Positions 38,508-48,035 of a DNA stretch of 64,000 nucleotides are shown here, in pieces (positions within the stretch are counted from its first letter, which is position 1; each line of letters starts with the position of its first letter). Source of the DNA: an uncultured Chloroflexia bacterium (GTDB lineage Bacteria > Chloroflexota > Limnocylindria > Limnocylindrales > CSP1-4). The notes under the pieces were generated by a model. It worked only from the letters and a program-made list of their open reading frames with translations. It searched no databases and was not told the origin of the DNA. The translations under genes were made by a program, and so were the position numbers. The stretch is from the NCBI GenBank assembly GCA_963768655.1, contig CAVYIM010000006.1, forward strand, positions 128,001-192,000, read 5' to 3'.

Positions 38508-39770
38508 ATGACCACCCCGACCACCCGCTCCGACAACCGCCTGACCACCGACCCCTCGATCCTGAACTCGCAGGCCGAGCCCGAGCGCCCGCCGCTCTCG
38601 ACGCGCGTCTTGGCGCGCCGGGTCGACGAAGTTCCACGCTCCGGAATCCGGCGCTTCTTCGACATCCTGGCGACGATGACCGACGTCATCAGCCTGGGCG
38701 TGGGCGAGCCGGACTTCGACACGCCCCAGCAGGTGATCGAGGCCGGCCGGCACAGCCTGGCCTCGGGCAGGACTCACTACGCCAGCAACTACGGGACCAT
38801 CGAGCTGCGCCGCGCCCTGGCCCACCATCTCGAGCGCCTCTACGGCGTCCGCTACGACCCGACCGAAGAGATCCTGATCACCATCGGCGCGTCGGAGGCG
38901 CTGGACGTGGCCGTTCGGGCCACGATCGACCCGGGCGACGAGGTGATCCTCCATGAGCCGTCATACGTTTCGTATCGGCCGGCGGTGATATTTGCCGGGG
39001 GCGTACCCGTGGGCGTGCCCACCACTATCGAAGACGACTTCGCCCTCGATCCGGCCAGGGTGGAGGCGGCCATCACGCCGCGGACCAAGGCCATCCTGCT
39101 CAACTACCCGTCCAATCCGACCGGCGCCGTCCTGCCGCACGAGGTCCAGGACGAGATCGCCCGCATCGCCGTCCGCCATGACCTGCTCGTCTACAGCGAC
39201 GAAATCTACGACCGGCTCGTCTACGGCGGCTACCAGATGCGGACCATGGGCGCGCTGCCGGGCATGCGCCGTCGAACCGTTCTGATGGGCGGCTTCTCCA
39301 AGGCTTACGCCATGACCGGCTGGCGGATCGGCTACATCTGCGCGCCTTCGGAGATCCTGGAGGGGATCCTCAAGGTTCACCAGTACGTGATCATGTGCGC
39401 CCCCACGGTCGCCCAGGACGCGGCCCTCGAGGCCCTCAAGACCGGCGAGCCCGACATCCAGCGCATGGCGGCCGACTACGACCGGCGTCGACGGCTGATC
39501 GTCGACGGCTTCAACGCCATCGGCCTGCGCACCTTCGAGCCGCTCGGCGCCTTCTACGCCTTTCCCCAGATCACCTCGACCGGGCTCAGCAGCGATGCCT
39601 TTGCCGAGGCCCTCCTGCAAGAGGAGTCCGTCGCCGTGGTCCCCGGCACCGCCTTCGGCGAGGCTGGCGAGGGCCACGTCCGCTGCTGCTACGCCACCAG
39701 CGAGGCCGAGTTGCGCGAGGCGCTCGTCCGCATCGAGCGCTTCGTCAAACGTCGAAGAGGCGATGCGTGA
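38508..39770 (+). CDS. PLP-dependent class I/II aminotransferase
   Basis: SLGVGEPDF, NYPSNPTG, SDEIY and FSKAYAMTGWRIG motifs. Confidence 0.95.
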   Translation: MTTPTTRSDNRLTTDPSILNSQAEPERPPLSTRVLARRVDEVPRSGIRRFFDILATMTDVISLGVGEPDFDTPQQVIEAGRHSLASGRTHYASNYGTIELRRALAHHLERLYGVRYDPTEEILITIGASEALDVAVRATIDPGDEVILHEPSYVSYRPAVIFAGGVPVGVPTTIEDDFALDPARVEAAITPRTKAILLNYPSNPTGAVLPHEVQDEIARIAVRHDLLVYSDEIYDRLVYGGYQMRTMGALPGMRRRTVLMGGFSKAYAMTGWRIGYICAPSEILEGILKVHQYVIMCAPTVAQDAALEALKTGEPDIQRMAADYDRRRRLIVDGFNAIGLRTFEPLGAFYAFPQITSTGLSSDAFAEALLQEESVAVVPGTAFGEAGEGHVRCCYATSEAELREALVRIERFVKRRRGDA

Positions 39771-41266
39771 CGACTGCATCTGTGGCCGGCGGCAGGAGCC
39801 GGGCGCTGGAGCGCTACGAGGCCGTCATCGGCATCGAGATCCACTGCCAGCTGCGGACCGCCAGCAAGATGTTCTGCGGCTGCTCCACCGCGATCGATGG
39901 GGCAGTCCCGAACAGCCACTGCTGCCCGGTCTGTCTGGGCCTGCCGGGCGTGCTGCCGACGATCAACAAGACCGCTGTCGAATGGGTTCTGGCCACCGGC
40001 TTCGCGATCGAGGCCACCGTCGCGCCCACGACCCGCTGGGATCGCAAGAACTACTTCTATCCCGATCTGCCCAAGGGCTACCAGATAAGCCAGTACCAGT
40101 TGCCGCTGGCAGCCAACGGCCGGCTGGCATTCGATACGAGCGAAGGCCCGTTCACCGTTCGAGTGAGGCGCGCCCACCTCGAAGAGGACACCGGCCGGCT
40201 GATCCACGACGAGCTGGACGGCCGGCGGGTCAGCCTGATCGACTTCAACCGATCGGGCATGCCTCTGATGGAGATCGTGACCGAGCCCGACATCCGGACG
40301 GCCGAGCAGGCCCGCCGCTATGCCGAGGAGCTGCGGCTGCTGATGCGGACGATCGGCGCCTCGGACGCGGAGATGGAGAACGGCCAGATGCGGGTCGAGG
40401 CCAACGTCTCGATCCGGCCGCGCGGCCGGGAGGCGTTCGGGACGCGGGTCGAGGTCAAGAACATGAACTCGATGCGGGCCGTGGAGCGGGCGATCGCGTT
40501 CGAGATCGAGCGCCAGGCCGAGACTATCGATGCCGGTGGGACGATCCACATGGAGACACGCGGCTGGGACGAGGCGCGCCAGTCCACGTACCACATGCGG
40601 CCCAAGGAAGAGGAGAACGACTACCGGTACTTCCCCGAGCCCGACCTGCCGCCGCTGGTGACAACGCCCGAATGGCTGGCCGATATCAAGGCCCGGCTGC
40701 CGGAGCTGCCGTCGGCTCGGCGGGGGCGCTACCGCGAGGTCTTCGGTCTGTCCGCCTACGACGCGGATGTGCTGGTGAACGACGCGCCTGCCGCCGCCCT
40801 CTTCGAAGGTGCGCTGGCGGCCGATGCGTGTGTGCCGGCCAAGCTCCTCGCCAACTGGGTAACCGGCGAGTACCTGCGCCTGGCCAAGGGCGGGGAGGGG
40901 AGTGGCGGCGGAGCGGCAGGCCGCGTGGTGCCGGCCGAACTGGCCGCTCTGGTCAAGCTCGTCGCCGACGGCGCGATATCGGGGACCAACGCCAAGGAAG
41001 TCCTGGCCGAGCATTTCGCCTCGGGCGCCGGCGTGGCTTCGATCGTGGAGGCGCGCGGCTTCCGCCAGATCTCCGACGCCGGGGCCCTCGGCGCGGCAGT
41101 CGAGCAGGTGCTCGCCGCCAACCCGGCCGCCGTGGCGGACTATCGAGCCGGCAAGTCCGCGGCAGTCGGCTTCCTCGTCGGCCAGGTCATGAAGGCGACG
41201 CGCGGCCAGGCGAACGCGGGCATGGTGCAGACAGCGCTGCGCGAGCGGATGGACAGGCCCGAGTAG
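39767..41266 (+). CDS. gatB: Asp/Glu-tRNA amidotransferase subunit B
   Basis: VIGIEIHCQL, RKNYFYPDLPKGYQISQ, HLEEDTG and DYRYFPEPDL motifs; GTGA overlap. Confidence 0.97.
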   Translation: MTTASVAGGRSRALERYEAVIGIEIHCQLRTASKMFCGCSTAIDGAVPNSHCCPVCLGLPGVLPTINKTAVEWVLATGFAIEATVAPTTRWDRKNYFYPDLPKGYQISQYQLPLAANGRLAFDTSEGPFTVRVRRAHLEEDTGRLIHDELDGRRVSLIDFNRSGMPLMEIVTEPDIRTAEQARRYAEELRLLMRTIGASDAEMENGQMRVEANVSIRPRGREAFGTRVEVKNMNSMRAVERAIAFEIERQAETIDAGGTIHMETRGWDEARQSTYHMRPKEEENDYRYFPEPDLPPLVTTPEWLADIKARLPELPSARRGRYREVFGLSAYDADVLVNDAPAAALFEGALAADACVPAKLLANWVTGEYLRLAKGGEGSGGGAAGRVVPAELAALVKLVADGAISGTNAKEVLAEHFASGAGVASIVEARGFRQISDAGALGAAVEQVLAANPAAVADYRAGKSAAVGFLVGQVMKATRGQANAGMVQTALRERMDRPE

Positions 41267-41284
41267 GGCGGGGAAGGAGAGCGT

Positions 41285-41560
41285 ATGGGCCCGGTCAACC
41301 TCATCTGCTGGGTCGTCGGAGTCCTGCTCATCATCGTCGGCTACACCCGCGCCCGCGGGCCGTGGAGCCGCTACCAGGCCCTCAAGGAGCAGGAGGCGAA
41401 CCTTGCCCGCTACGAGGGCTGGCGCGGCACGCGCCTCCGCGACGAGGGCCCCAGCGCGGCAACTCTGATGGCCCAGGAACTGCGCCGTCAGGCGCAGGTC
41501 GGCGCGATTGTAGCTGTAGCCGGCTTCGTGGTGGTGTTCGTGGGGTTCGCTGTTCGGTAA
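41285..41560 (+). CDS. Small two-TM membrane protein, unknown function
   Basis: AAGGAG RBS and hydrophobic N- and C-terminal helices. Confidence 0.8.
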   Translation: MGPVNLICWVVGVLLIIVGYTRARGPWSRYQALKEQEANLARYEGWRGTRLRDEGPSAATLMAQELRRQAQVGAIVAVAGFVVVFVGFAVR

Positions 41561-42008
41561 TCTCGGACCGGGCGGTGCTGCGGACGCGGACGTCGCCCGC
41601 GGCTCCGCTGCCTTCCCCGCTGAGGGCCGACGCGGCGCAGTCGCCGTCAAGGGCTGCTTCGCGAACGGCGGTTTGCCGGCGGGCGCGGCAGAGCGCACTC
41701 TACTTCCCGCGAACGCAAACAGTACGACTGCCCCGGCGTCGCGCGGCGTCCTAAGATGTCCGGAATCCGGCGGCACAGATGTGCAATGCTAAGCTCCACA
41801 TGGGGCCAGACGCCGTCTGGAGTTGGCGGCGCTGCGCCGGAGTGGTGGAGTCGTGGCGCGAGAGGCAATAGCTTGCGCGAAGCTCACCAGTGTCAACAGG
41901 GTGGATCGATGTGATGCTGTCGAGCGCGGCGGGGCGAACGGTCCCCGATAGCCGCGCAGGGGCGTGCGGCCGTGGAAGTCGCAGGCCGGCAACGGTGTGG
42001 GCGAAGCC

Positions 42009-43565
42009 ATGAGTGATCGATCGCCCGCCCTCGGCCTGGGCCACGATCGAAGGTTTGCCGTCTTCGCAGCCGCGTGCGCCGTCGCGACGCTCGGGATGTG
42101 TGGCGTCGATATCCTGGCGGCCCCGGCCGCGCGTCGTCCGGGGCAGGCCGTCGTCACCGCGCTGCTCGTGGCGACGGTCCTGGCGGGAGTCTGGTTCATC
42201 AAGCGCGGCTTCACTCCGCGCATTCTCATGTCGGCCGGGGCCACTTTGATGGTGCTCGGTGTCGCGGCGGGGATATGGCTGCCGGACAGCCTCGACGCCG
42301 CCCTGATCCTGCCGCTGGCCGGCGCGGTGCTGGCGTTGCCGGCGGTGCGCGGGCGACCGCTGCTGCTCCTGCTGGTCGTCGCGTTCGTCGCGACCATGGT
42401 CGGCGAGGTGGTGGGATCCGTCGGCCCGGGCACGGATGGATCGGAATCGCTGCTGTCGCTGCTCGAGTCGGGGGTCATGCTGGCCTTCACTTTCGGCTTG
42501 CTGTGGTGGGTCGGCGATCGCTGGTGGAGGGCGGACGAACAGGCTCGGGTCGCGCTGGCGAGCCAGCGCAGGCTGCTGGAGGTCAACGAGCGTCTCCTCT
42601 CGACGCTGGATCCTCAGGGCGTCTTCGAACTCATCGCCGACTCCCTCAAATCGGTGGTGGCCTATGACAACCTGACCATCTATCGCGTCGACAGATCGGC
42701 CGGCGTCCTGGTCCCTGTCCTGGCGCGGGACCGCTTTGCGAAGCTCATCATCGAGTCCACGTTTCCGATCGATCGCGGTCTCACGGGCTGGGTCGTAGCC
42801 CACGGCGCCGCGGAGTGCGTAAACGATGCCCTTCACGACCCGCGCGCCCACACCATTCCGGGCACACCGGCTGAGGAGGAATCGCTCATCGTGGTGCCGC
42901 TCCTGGTCGGCGGCGAGGTCGCGGGGACGCTGAACGTGGGCCGCATGGGTGAAGAGGAGGCCCATTTCAGCGACGGGGAGTTCGAACTTGCGCGCCTCTT
43001 CGCGGGTCAGGCGTCGATCGCCCTGCGGAATGCCGAGACGCTGCGCGCCGTCGCCACTCGGGCGGAGACAGATGCCCTGACGGGGCTCCGAAACCGTGGC
43101 GCCTTCGATGACCGGCTGGCGGCACTGATGGCCGACCCGAGCGTTCAGCCGCTCGTCCTCGTGATGCTCGACCTGGACGGGTTCCACGACTACAACAACG
43201 TGCATGGGCACCCGGCCGGGGACAGCCTGCTCCAGGCCGCCGCCGCGGCCATCACGGCATCCGTCCGCGAGGGCGACCTCTGCTTCCGCTACGGTGGCGA
43301 CGAGTTTGCGCTGCTGCTGCCTGGAACGGACGAGGAGAGCGCTACGCAGATCGCCGAGCGGGTGCGCCTAGCCATCGCCGCAGTGGACAGCAGCGGCACT
43401 CCAGGAGTCACTGCCAGCGTCGGTCTTGGGATAGCGCCCCGTGATGCTCAGGCAGCCGGAGCCCTGGTCGCTGCCACCAATTCCGCGCTATACCGCGCCA
43501 AGGGGTCGGGCGGCAACCGCGTCGAAACGTGGAGTCGCATCAGCACCGCCACGGGCGGTCGGTGA
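42009..43565 (+). CDS. Membrane-anchored GAF + GGDEF diguanylate cyclase
   Basis: Multiple TM helices, a GAF region (GLTGWV..SLIVVPL), DALTGLRNR and RYGGDEF with an upstream RxxD (REGD) I-site. Confidence 0.92.
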   Translation: MSDRSPALGLGHDRRFAVFAAACAVATLGMCGVDILAAPAARRPGQAVVTALLVATVLAGVWFIKRGFTPRILMSAGATLMVLGVAAGIWLPDSLDAALILPLAGAVLALPAVRGRPLLLLLVVAFVATMVGEVVGSVGPGTDGSESLLSLLESGVMLAFTFGLLWWVGDRWWRADEQARVALASQRRLLEVNERLLSTLDPQGVFELIADSLKSVVAYDNLTIYRVDRSAGVLVPVLARDRFAKLIIESTFPIDRGLTGWVVAHGAAECVNDALHDPRAHTIPGTPAEEESLIVVPLLVGGEVAGTLNVGRMGEEEAHFSDGEFELARLFAGQASIALRNAETLRAVATRAETDALTGLRNRGAFDDRLAALMADPSVQPLVLVMLDLDGFHDYNNVHGHPAGDSLLQAAAAAITASVREGDLCFRYGGDEFALLLPGTDEESATQIAERVRLAIAAVDSSGTPGVTASVGLGIAPRDAQAAGALVAATNSALYRAKGSGGNRVETWSRISTATGGR

Positions 43566-43757
43566 AGTCGACTTCCACCAGAAGAAGCGCCAGGGCGGGG
43601 TGGGTACCGGGCGGACGTGGCCCGAAGAGGCCTCCTTCCAATAGATCGGCGGAGTGAGGTCCGGACCATCCGAGCGCGGGGAGAATACGGGTGTCCGCTT
43701 GCCGCGACGATTGGACCGCCGGCGGTCGACCGCGAAGAGACGAACACTCCAGGCAGC

Positions 43758-43823
43758 ACGTACGACGCCGTCCCCCCGGGACGGCGTCGTACGTCGTGTC
43801 GGCGGCGTCGTACGTCGTGTCGG
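43758..43823. repeat. 17-bp inverted repeat hairpin with a 21-bp tandem duplication of its right arm; probable terminator
   Basis: acgtacgacgccgtccc-ccc-gggacggcgtcgtacgt at 43758-43794; cggcgtcgtacgtcgtgtcgg x2 at 43782-43823. Confidence 0.8.
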
Positions 43824-43829
43824 AGTGGC

Positions 43830-44327
43830 TCAGCCGCGCGGCATCCGTCCTAGCTCGATGGCGGTGCAGCGGTCCATGACCACCGCCAGCCCGCCCGCGG
43901 CGGCGATGCGGGCACTCTCCCAGTTCACGATGTCGAGCTGGAGCCACAGCGCTCGAGCTCCGACCGCTACGGCGTCGCGGGCGATCTCTTCAGTCAACTC
44001 CGCCCGGCGGAAGACGTCGACGATGTCGATGGGACCGCCGCTGGCAGCCTCGGCCAGCGTGGCGACGGCCGGCACACCCTGGACGACGGTTTCGTTCGGG
44101 TTGACGGGCACGCACTCGTAGCCGGCGGCGAGCAGCGTGCGAAAGACCCCGAACGACGGCCGGGCCGGGTTCGATGAAGCGCCTACGACGGCGATGCGGC
44201 GGGCGGATCGGAGCAGTTCGAAGATGCCCCGATCATCCAGCAACGGCACGGTGCCAGGCTCAGGCCGGTGGCCCGCGGGCCGGCCTGCCACGAGTGCTTC
44301 GTCCGAACTCGACCGGTCGGTTGCCAT
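43830..44327 (-). CDS. CoA-binding protein (YccU-like)
   Basis: IAVVGASSNPARPS, PVNP, IDIVDVFR, LWLQL and VVMDRC motifs; AAGGAG RBS. Confidence 0.92.
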   Translation of the reverse strand: MATDRSSSDEALVAGRPAGHRPEPGTVPLLDDRGIFELLRSARRIAVVGASSNPARPSFGVFRTLLAAGYECVPVNPNETVVQGVPAVATLAEAASGGPIDIVDVFRRAELTEEIARDAVAVGARALWLQLDIVNWESARIAAAGGLAVVMDRCTAIELGRMPRG

Positions 44328-44341
44328 GGGGCTCCTTTGTG

Positions 44342-45502
44342 TCAGGCCGTGGGCGACGGTTCGACCGTGGGCGACGGTTCGACCGTGGTGGACGGCGCCG
44401 GCGTCGGTCGCGGCGGACCGTTCTGCAGGGCCGCCATCACGCCGGCAAGCCGGCCGTCGAATCCGGACGGCATGGGCTTGCCAAAGTCGCTCAGCGTGAT
44501 CCCGCCGGCCGCTACGTCGAACATGATCGTTGCCGGCAGCGTGTCCCTGGCCGCGTAGCGCAGGACCGCCTGGCTCGCAGCCACGTCGTAGCGCTTGAGC
44601 ACGCTTACGACGAGGCACGGTTTGACGTCCGGCAGGACGAGGCTGGCGTCCGTGTCCAGCGCCACGACGCCGGCTTTCCTGGCACAGGCCTCGCGGATGA
44701 CGCCGGCTCCGGTGAGATCGGGCATGGCCAGGATCACATCGGCCTTGCCCTTGATGAGCCCGTCTGTCACGGCCCGACCCGTCGCCGGGTCGTTCGACCT
44801 GTTGGCGTACGCGACGGTCACCTGGACGTCCGGGTTTGCCTCTTCGGCGCCGTTCCGGAAGCCGTTGGCGTAGTTGGCCGTCCGCACGTCAGTCGCCGTG
44901 AAGCCGACCATGCCGATCGTGCCGGTGCTCGTGACCGAGCCGGCCACGAACCCCGCCAGGTATCCCGCCTCGGCCTCATCGAAGACCAGCCCGTGGACGT
45001 TGGACGGGGCGCCGTCCGGGATCGTCTGGTCCAGCTCGAAGAACTGAGTGGTCGTGTTGCCCGCGGCGGCGTCGAGCACCGCCTGGGCCGCCTCGGGACC
45101 GACGGTCACGACGACGGTCGACCCTTCATCGGAGGCCTTCTGCACCGCGGCCGTGAGGTCGGCCATCGAAGCGGGCGTGACGAGCGTCGGCGTGGCACCC
45201 AGCCGCCCGGCCGCATCCTGGATACCCTGCCAGGCGAGCTCGCTCGGCGTGCCGTCGCCGGACTCACCGATGGCCGAGATCAGGACGACCGACGCGACGG
45301 CGTTCGTCGGGGCTGGAGTTGGCGGGGCCGGCGTCGGCGTCGCGGTGGGACCGAGGGTGGGCGTGGTCGCCGGGCCGGTGGACGTCGGTGTCGGTGGCTT
45401 CGGTGGGTTGGAGAAGAAGCTGCAGCCCGAGACCAGGGCGGCGGCGGCCACGATGGCGCATGTAATTGCCATGGGGGACCCGGATCGGGACGTACGGCTC
45501 AG
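44342..45502 (-). CDS. BMP family (PnrA-like) nucleoside-binding lipoprotein; start is CTG at 45502 or ATG at 45472
   Basis: Lipobox VSGC, FDEAEAGYLAG, GTIGMVG, GFRNGA and SVLKRYD. Confidence 0.85.
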   Translation of the reverse strand: MSRTSRSGSPMAITCAIVAAAALVSGCSFFSNPPKPPTPTSTGPATTPTLGPTATPTPAPPTPAPTNAVASVVLISAIGESGDGTPSELAWQGIQDAAGRLGATPTLVTPASMADLTAAVQKASDEGSTVVVTVGPEAAQAVLDAAAGNTTTQFFELDQTIPDGAPSNVHGLVFDEAEAGYLAGFVAGSVTSTGTIGMVGFTATDVRTANYANGFRNGAEEANPDVQVTVAYANRSNDPATGRAVTDGLIKGKADVILAMPDLTGAGVIREACARKAGVVALDTDASLVLPDVKPCLVVSVLKRYDVAASQAVLRYAARDTLPATIMFDVAAGGITLSDFGKPMPSGFDGRLAGVMAALQNGPPRPTPAPSTTVEPSPTVEPSPTA

Positions 45503-45695
45503 CGTGAGGCTCCTTAGGTGGATGCGTTGGCGCGATTGTACGTAGGCGAGGTCTTTCTGGGGCGGCGTGCGGCGTCTCACATGGCGGCGCCTGAGCCAGG
45601 CGGTTTCGCGGAGGGGATCGGCCGGTTGCCGGATGGGCGGCGCTCGCCGGGGCGGCTAGCATGGCGACATCGCGGGAGCAGTCGAGGAGAACGAC

Positions 45696-46640
45696 ATCGA
45701 ACCCAGGGACGAACGCATCGAAGTTGCCGGCCGCCTCAGCCTGCGGGTACTGCGCTGGGAGCCCGGGGCCGGCGCTGATCCGCCCGCCCGGCCCGCGGCC
45801 AGTGCCGGTGCTGGCCCGGAGCCTGCGGGGGATGGCGCGCCGTTCCTGCTCGTCCACGGTCTGGCCTCCAATGCCCGGCTCTGGGACGGAGTCGCTCCGC
45901 GGTTGGCCGCGGCCGGGCACCGCGTGGCCGCCGTCGACCTCCGCGGCCACGGCCGTTCCGACAAGCCGGACGGCGGCTACGACTTCGCCACGATCTCGGA
46001 GGACTTGCGGGCGCTCATTGCCGGACTCGGGTTCGAGCGGCCGGTCCTCGTCGGCCAGTCGTGGGGCGCCGGCGTCGCCCTCGATTTCGCCGTCCGGCAT
46101 CCAGGACTTACCCGCGGCATCGTCCTGGTGGACGGCGGATTGACGGACCTGCGCGACGCCTTCCCGACGTGGGAGATCTGCTGGGAGCGCCTGGCCCCGC
46201 CTCAGCTCGTGGGCCTGCCGCTGAGCGACGTGGAGGGCTACTTCCACCAGAACCACGCCGACTGGCCGGCCGAGGGGCTGGAGGGTTCGCTGGCCAACTT
46301 CGAGATCCGGCCGGACCTGACCATAGCCCCGTGGTTGACGCGCGAGCACCACAGGGCCATCCTCGAATCGATGTGGGGTCAGCGAACTGCCGATCTCTGG
46401 GCCGCGCTCCGAGTGCCGGCTCTGGTCGTTCCCGTGGACGGCGGCGAGGGCGACTGGACGAAGGCGAAGCGCGCCGGGGCGGACGCGGCCGAGGCGGCGA
46501 TGCGTTCCGCCGGCGTGCCGTGTCGGGTGCAGTGGTTCCGCGGCGATCACGACATCCATGCCCAGCACCCGGCTGAAGTGGCGGAGGGGCTGCTTGCGGC
46601 GGATCGTGACGGCCTCTTCTCCGGGGCCGTTCCGGCGTGA
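45696..46640 (+). CDS. Alpha/beta hydrolase; apparent ATC start
   Basis: FLLVHGLASN (upstream of the called ORF at 45903), DLRGHGRSD, the GQSWG nucleophile and a catalytic His (GDHDIH). Confidence 0.85.
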   Translation: MEPRDERIEVAGRLSLRVLRWEPGAGADPPARPAASAGAGPEPAGDGAPFLLVHGLASNARLWDGVAPRLAAAGHRVAAVDLRGHGRSDKPDGGYDFATISEDLRALIAGLGFERPVLVGQSWGAGVALDFAVRHPGLTRGIVLVDGGLTDLRDAFPTWEICWERLAPPQLVGLPLSDVEGYFHQNHADWPAEGLEGSLANFEIRPDLTIAPWLTREHHRAILESMWGQRTADLWAALRVPALVVPVDGGEGDWTKAKRAGADAAEAAMRSAGVPCRVQWFRGDHDIHAQHPAEVAEGLLAADRDGLFSGAVPA

Positions 46641-47932
46641 GCTCCGCCGTCCTGCCGCGCATCCTCACGATCATGGGCTCGGGCGAGACGACGCCCACGA
46701 TGGCCCGCGCCCATCGCGCCGTCCTCGATCGGCTGGGGGAGCGGCCGGTGCCGGCGGTCTTGCTCGATACGCCGTACGGCTTCCAGGAGAACGCCGACGA
46801 CATATCCGATCGCGCTCTCGACTACTTCCGAGACAGCGTCGGGAATCCCTTCACCGTCGCCACGTTCCGTTCGGCCGACGTCGATGCGCTGGTCCGCGAG
46901 ACCGCCCAGGTTCGGATCCGTGAGGCGCGACTTGCGTTCGCGGGGCCCGGCAGCCCCACCTACGCGCTGAGGCAATGGGCCGGCACGGAGATACCGCGCC
47001 TGTTGGCCGCGAAGCTCGCGCCGGGCTCGCCTGGCGGCGCCGTGACCATGGCAAGCGCGGCGGCGCTCACCCTGGGCCGCTTCACCATCCCGGTCTACGA
47101 GGTATACAAGGTCGGCGAGGCGCCCCGGTGGCTTCCCGGGTTGGATCTGCTTACGCCTCTGGGCCTCTCTGTGGCGGTAGTCCCTCACTACGACAACGCC
47201 GAGGGCGGCAACCACGACACCCGCTTCTGCTACATGGGCGAACGGCGGCTGCGCGTCCTAGAGGCCGATCTTCCGGACGACGTCTTCATCCTGGGCGTTG
47301 ACGGGCACACGGCCCTGGTCATGGACCTGGACGCCGGATCGGCGTCGGTTCTGGGCCTGGGCACGGTCACCGTACGCAAGGACGGCCGGAGCACGGTCTT
47401 CTCGGCCGGGTCCGAGGTGGCGATCGCGGAGCTCGTCGAGGCTGCTTCCGCGGCCGACCGGGGCACCGTGGCAAGCCAGCCGCCGGCCGCCCCTTCGATC
47501 GGCGTTCTGGCCGAGGCTTCGTCCTCGCGTCCGCTTCGTGAGGAGGTGGCGAACCTCGAGCGCATCTTCCAGACCTCGCTCGACGAGTGCGACGCTCCGG
47601 CCGCCGTCCGGGCGATCCTCGCGCTGGAGGAGACGATCCAAGCCTGGTCGCGCGACACAGACCAGTCCGACGCGCTGGCCGGGGCCCGCTCGGCCCTGCG
47701 GGCTGCGATCGTCTGCCTGGGCGAGATGGCGGTGGCGGGCTCACGGGATCCGGCGGAGACGGTCGGCCCGTTCGTCGAAGCCCTGCTGGCCGAGCGCCTG
47801 CGCGCCCGTGAGGCCCGCGACTGGGCCGCCGCCGACGCCATCCGCGACCGGCTGCTGGCCGCGGGCGTCGAGCTCCACGACACGCCCGACGGCACCAGGT
47901 GGGAGTTGCGCCCGGCTGCGCCGGCGAGCTGA
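46637..47932 (+). CDS. Peptidase S51/cyanophycinase-like (GATase-fold) protein with a C-terminal CysRS-type helical domain
   Basis: MGSGET, FAGPGSP, ASAAA and VVPHYDN; C-terminus DWAAADAIRDRLLAAGVELHDTPDGTRW. Confidence 0.7.
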   Translation: MSSAVLPRILTIMGSGETTPTMARAHRAVLDRLGERPVPAVLLDTPYGFQENADDISDRALDYFRDSVGNPFTVATFRSADVDALVRETAQVRIREARLAFAGPGSPTYALRQWAGTEIPRLLAAKLAPGSPGGAVTMASAAALTLGRFTIPVYEVYKVGEAPRWLPGLDLLTPLGLSVAVVPHYDNAEGGNHDTRFCYMGERRLRVLEADLPDDVFILGVDGHTALVMDLDAGSASVLGLGTVTVRKDGRSTVFSAGSEVAIAELVEAASAADRGTVASQPPAAPSIGVLAEASSSRPLREEVANLERIFQTSLDECDAPAAVRAILALEETIQAWSRDTDQSDALAGARSALRAAIVCLGEMAVAGSRDPAETVGPFVEALLAERLRAREARDWAAADAIRDRLLAAGVELHDTPDGTRWELRPAAPAS

Positions 47933-48035
47933 GAGCGCAGGCAGCGCCGCTCGCCCGACGCCGCGGCCGACATCGAGTCGCTCGCCGCCTGCCGACAGCT
48001 CGTGACTCCCCGCCGACGCGGTACCCTTACCTCCC

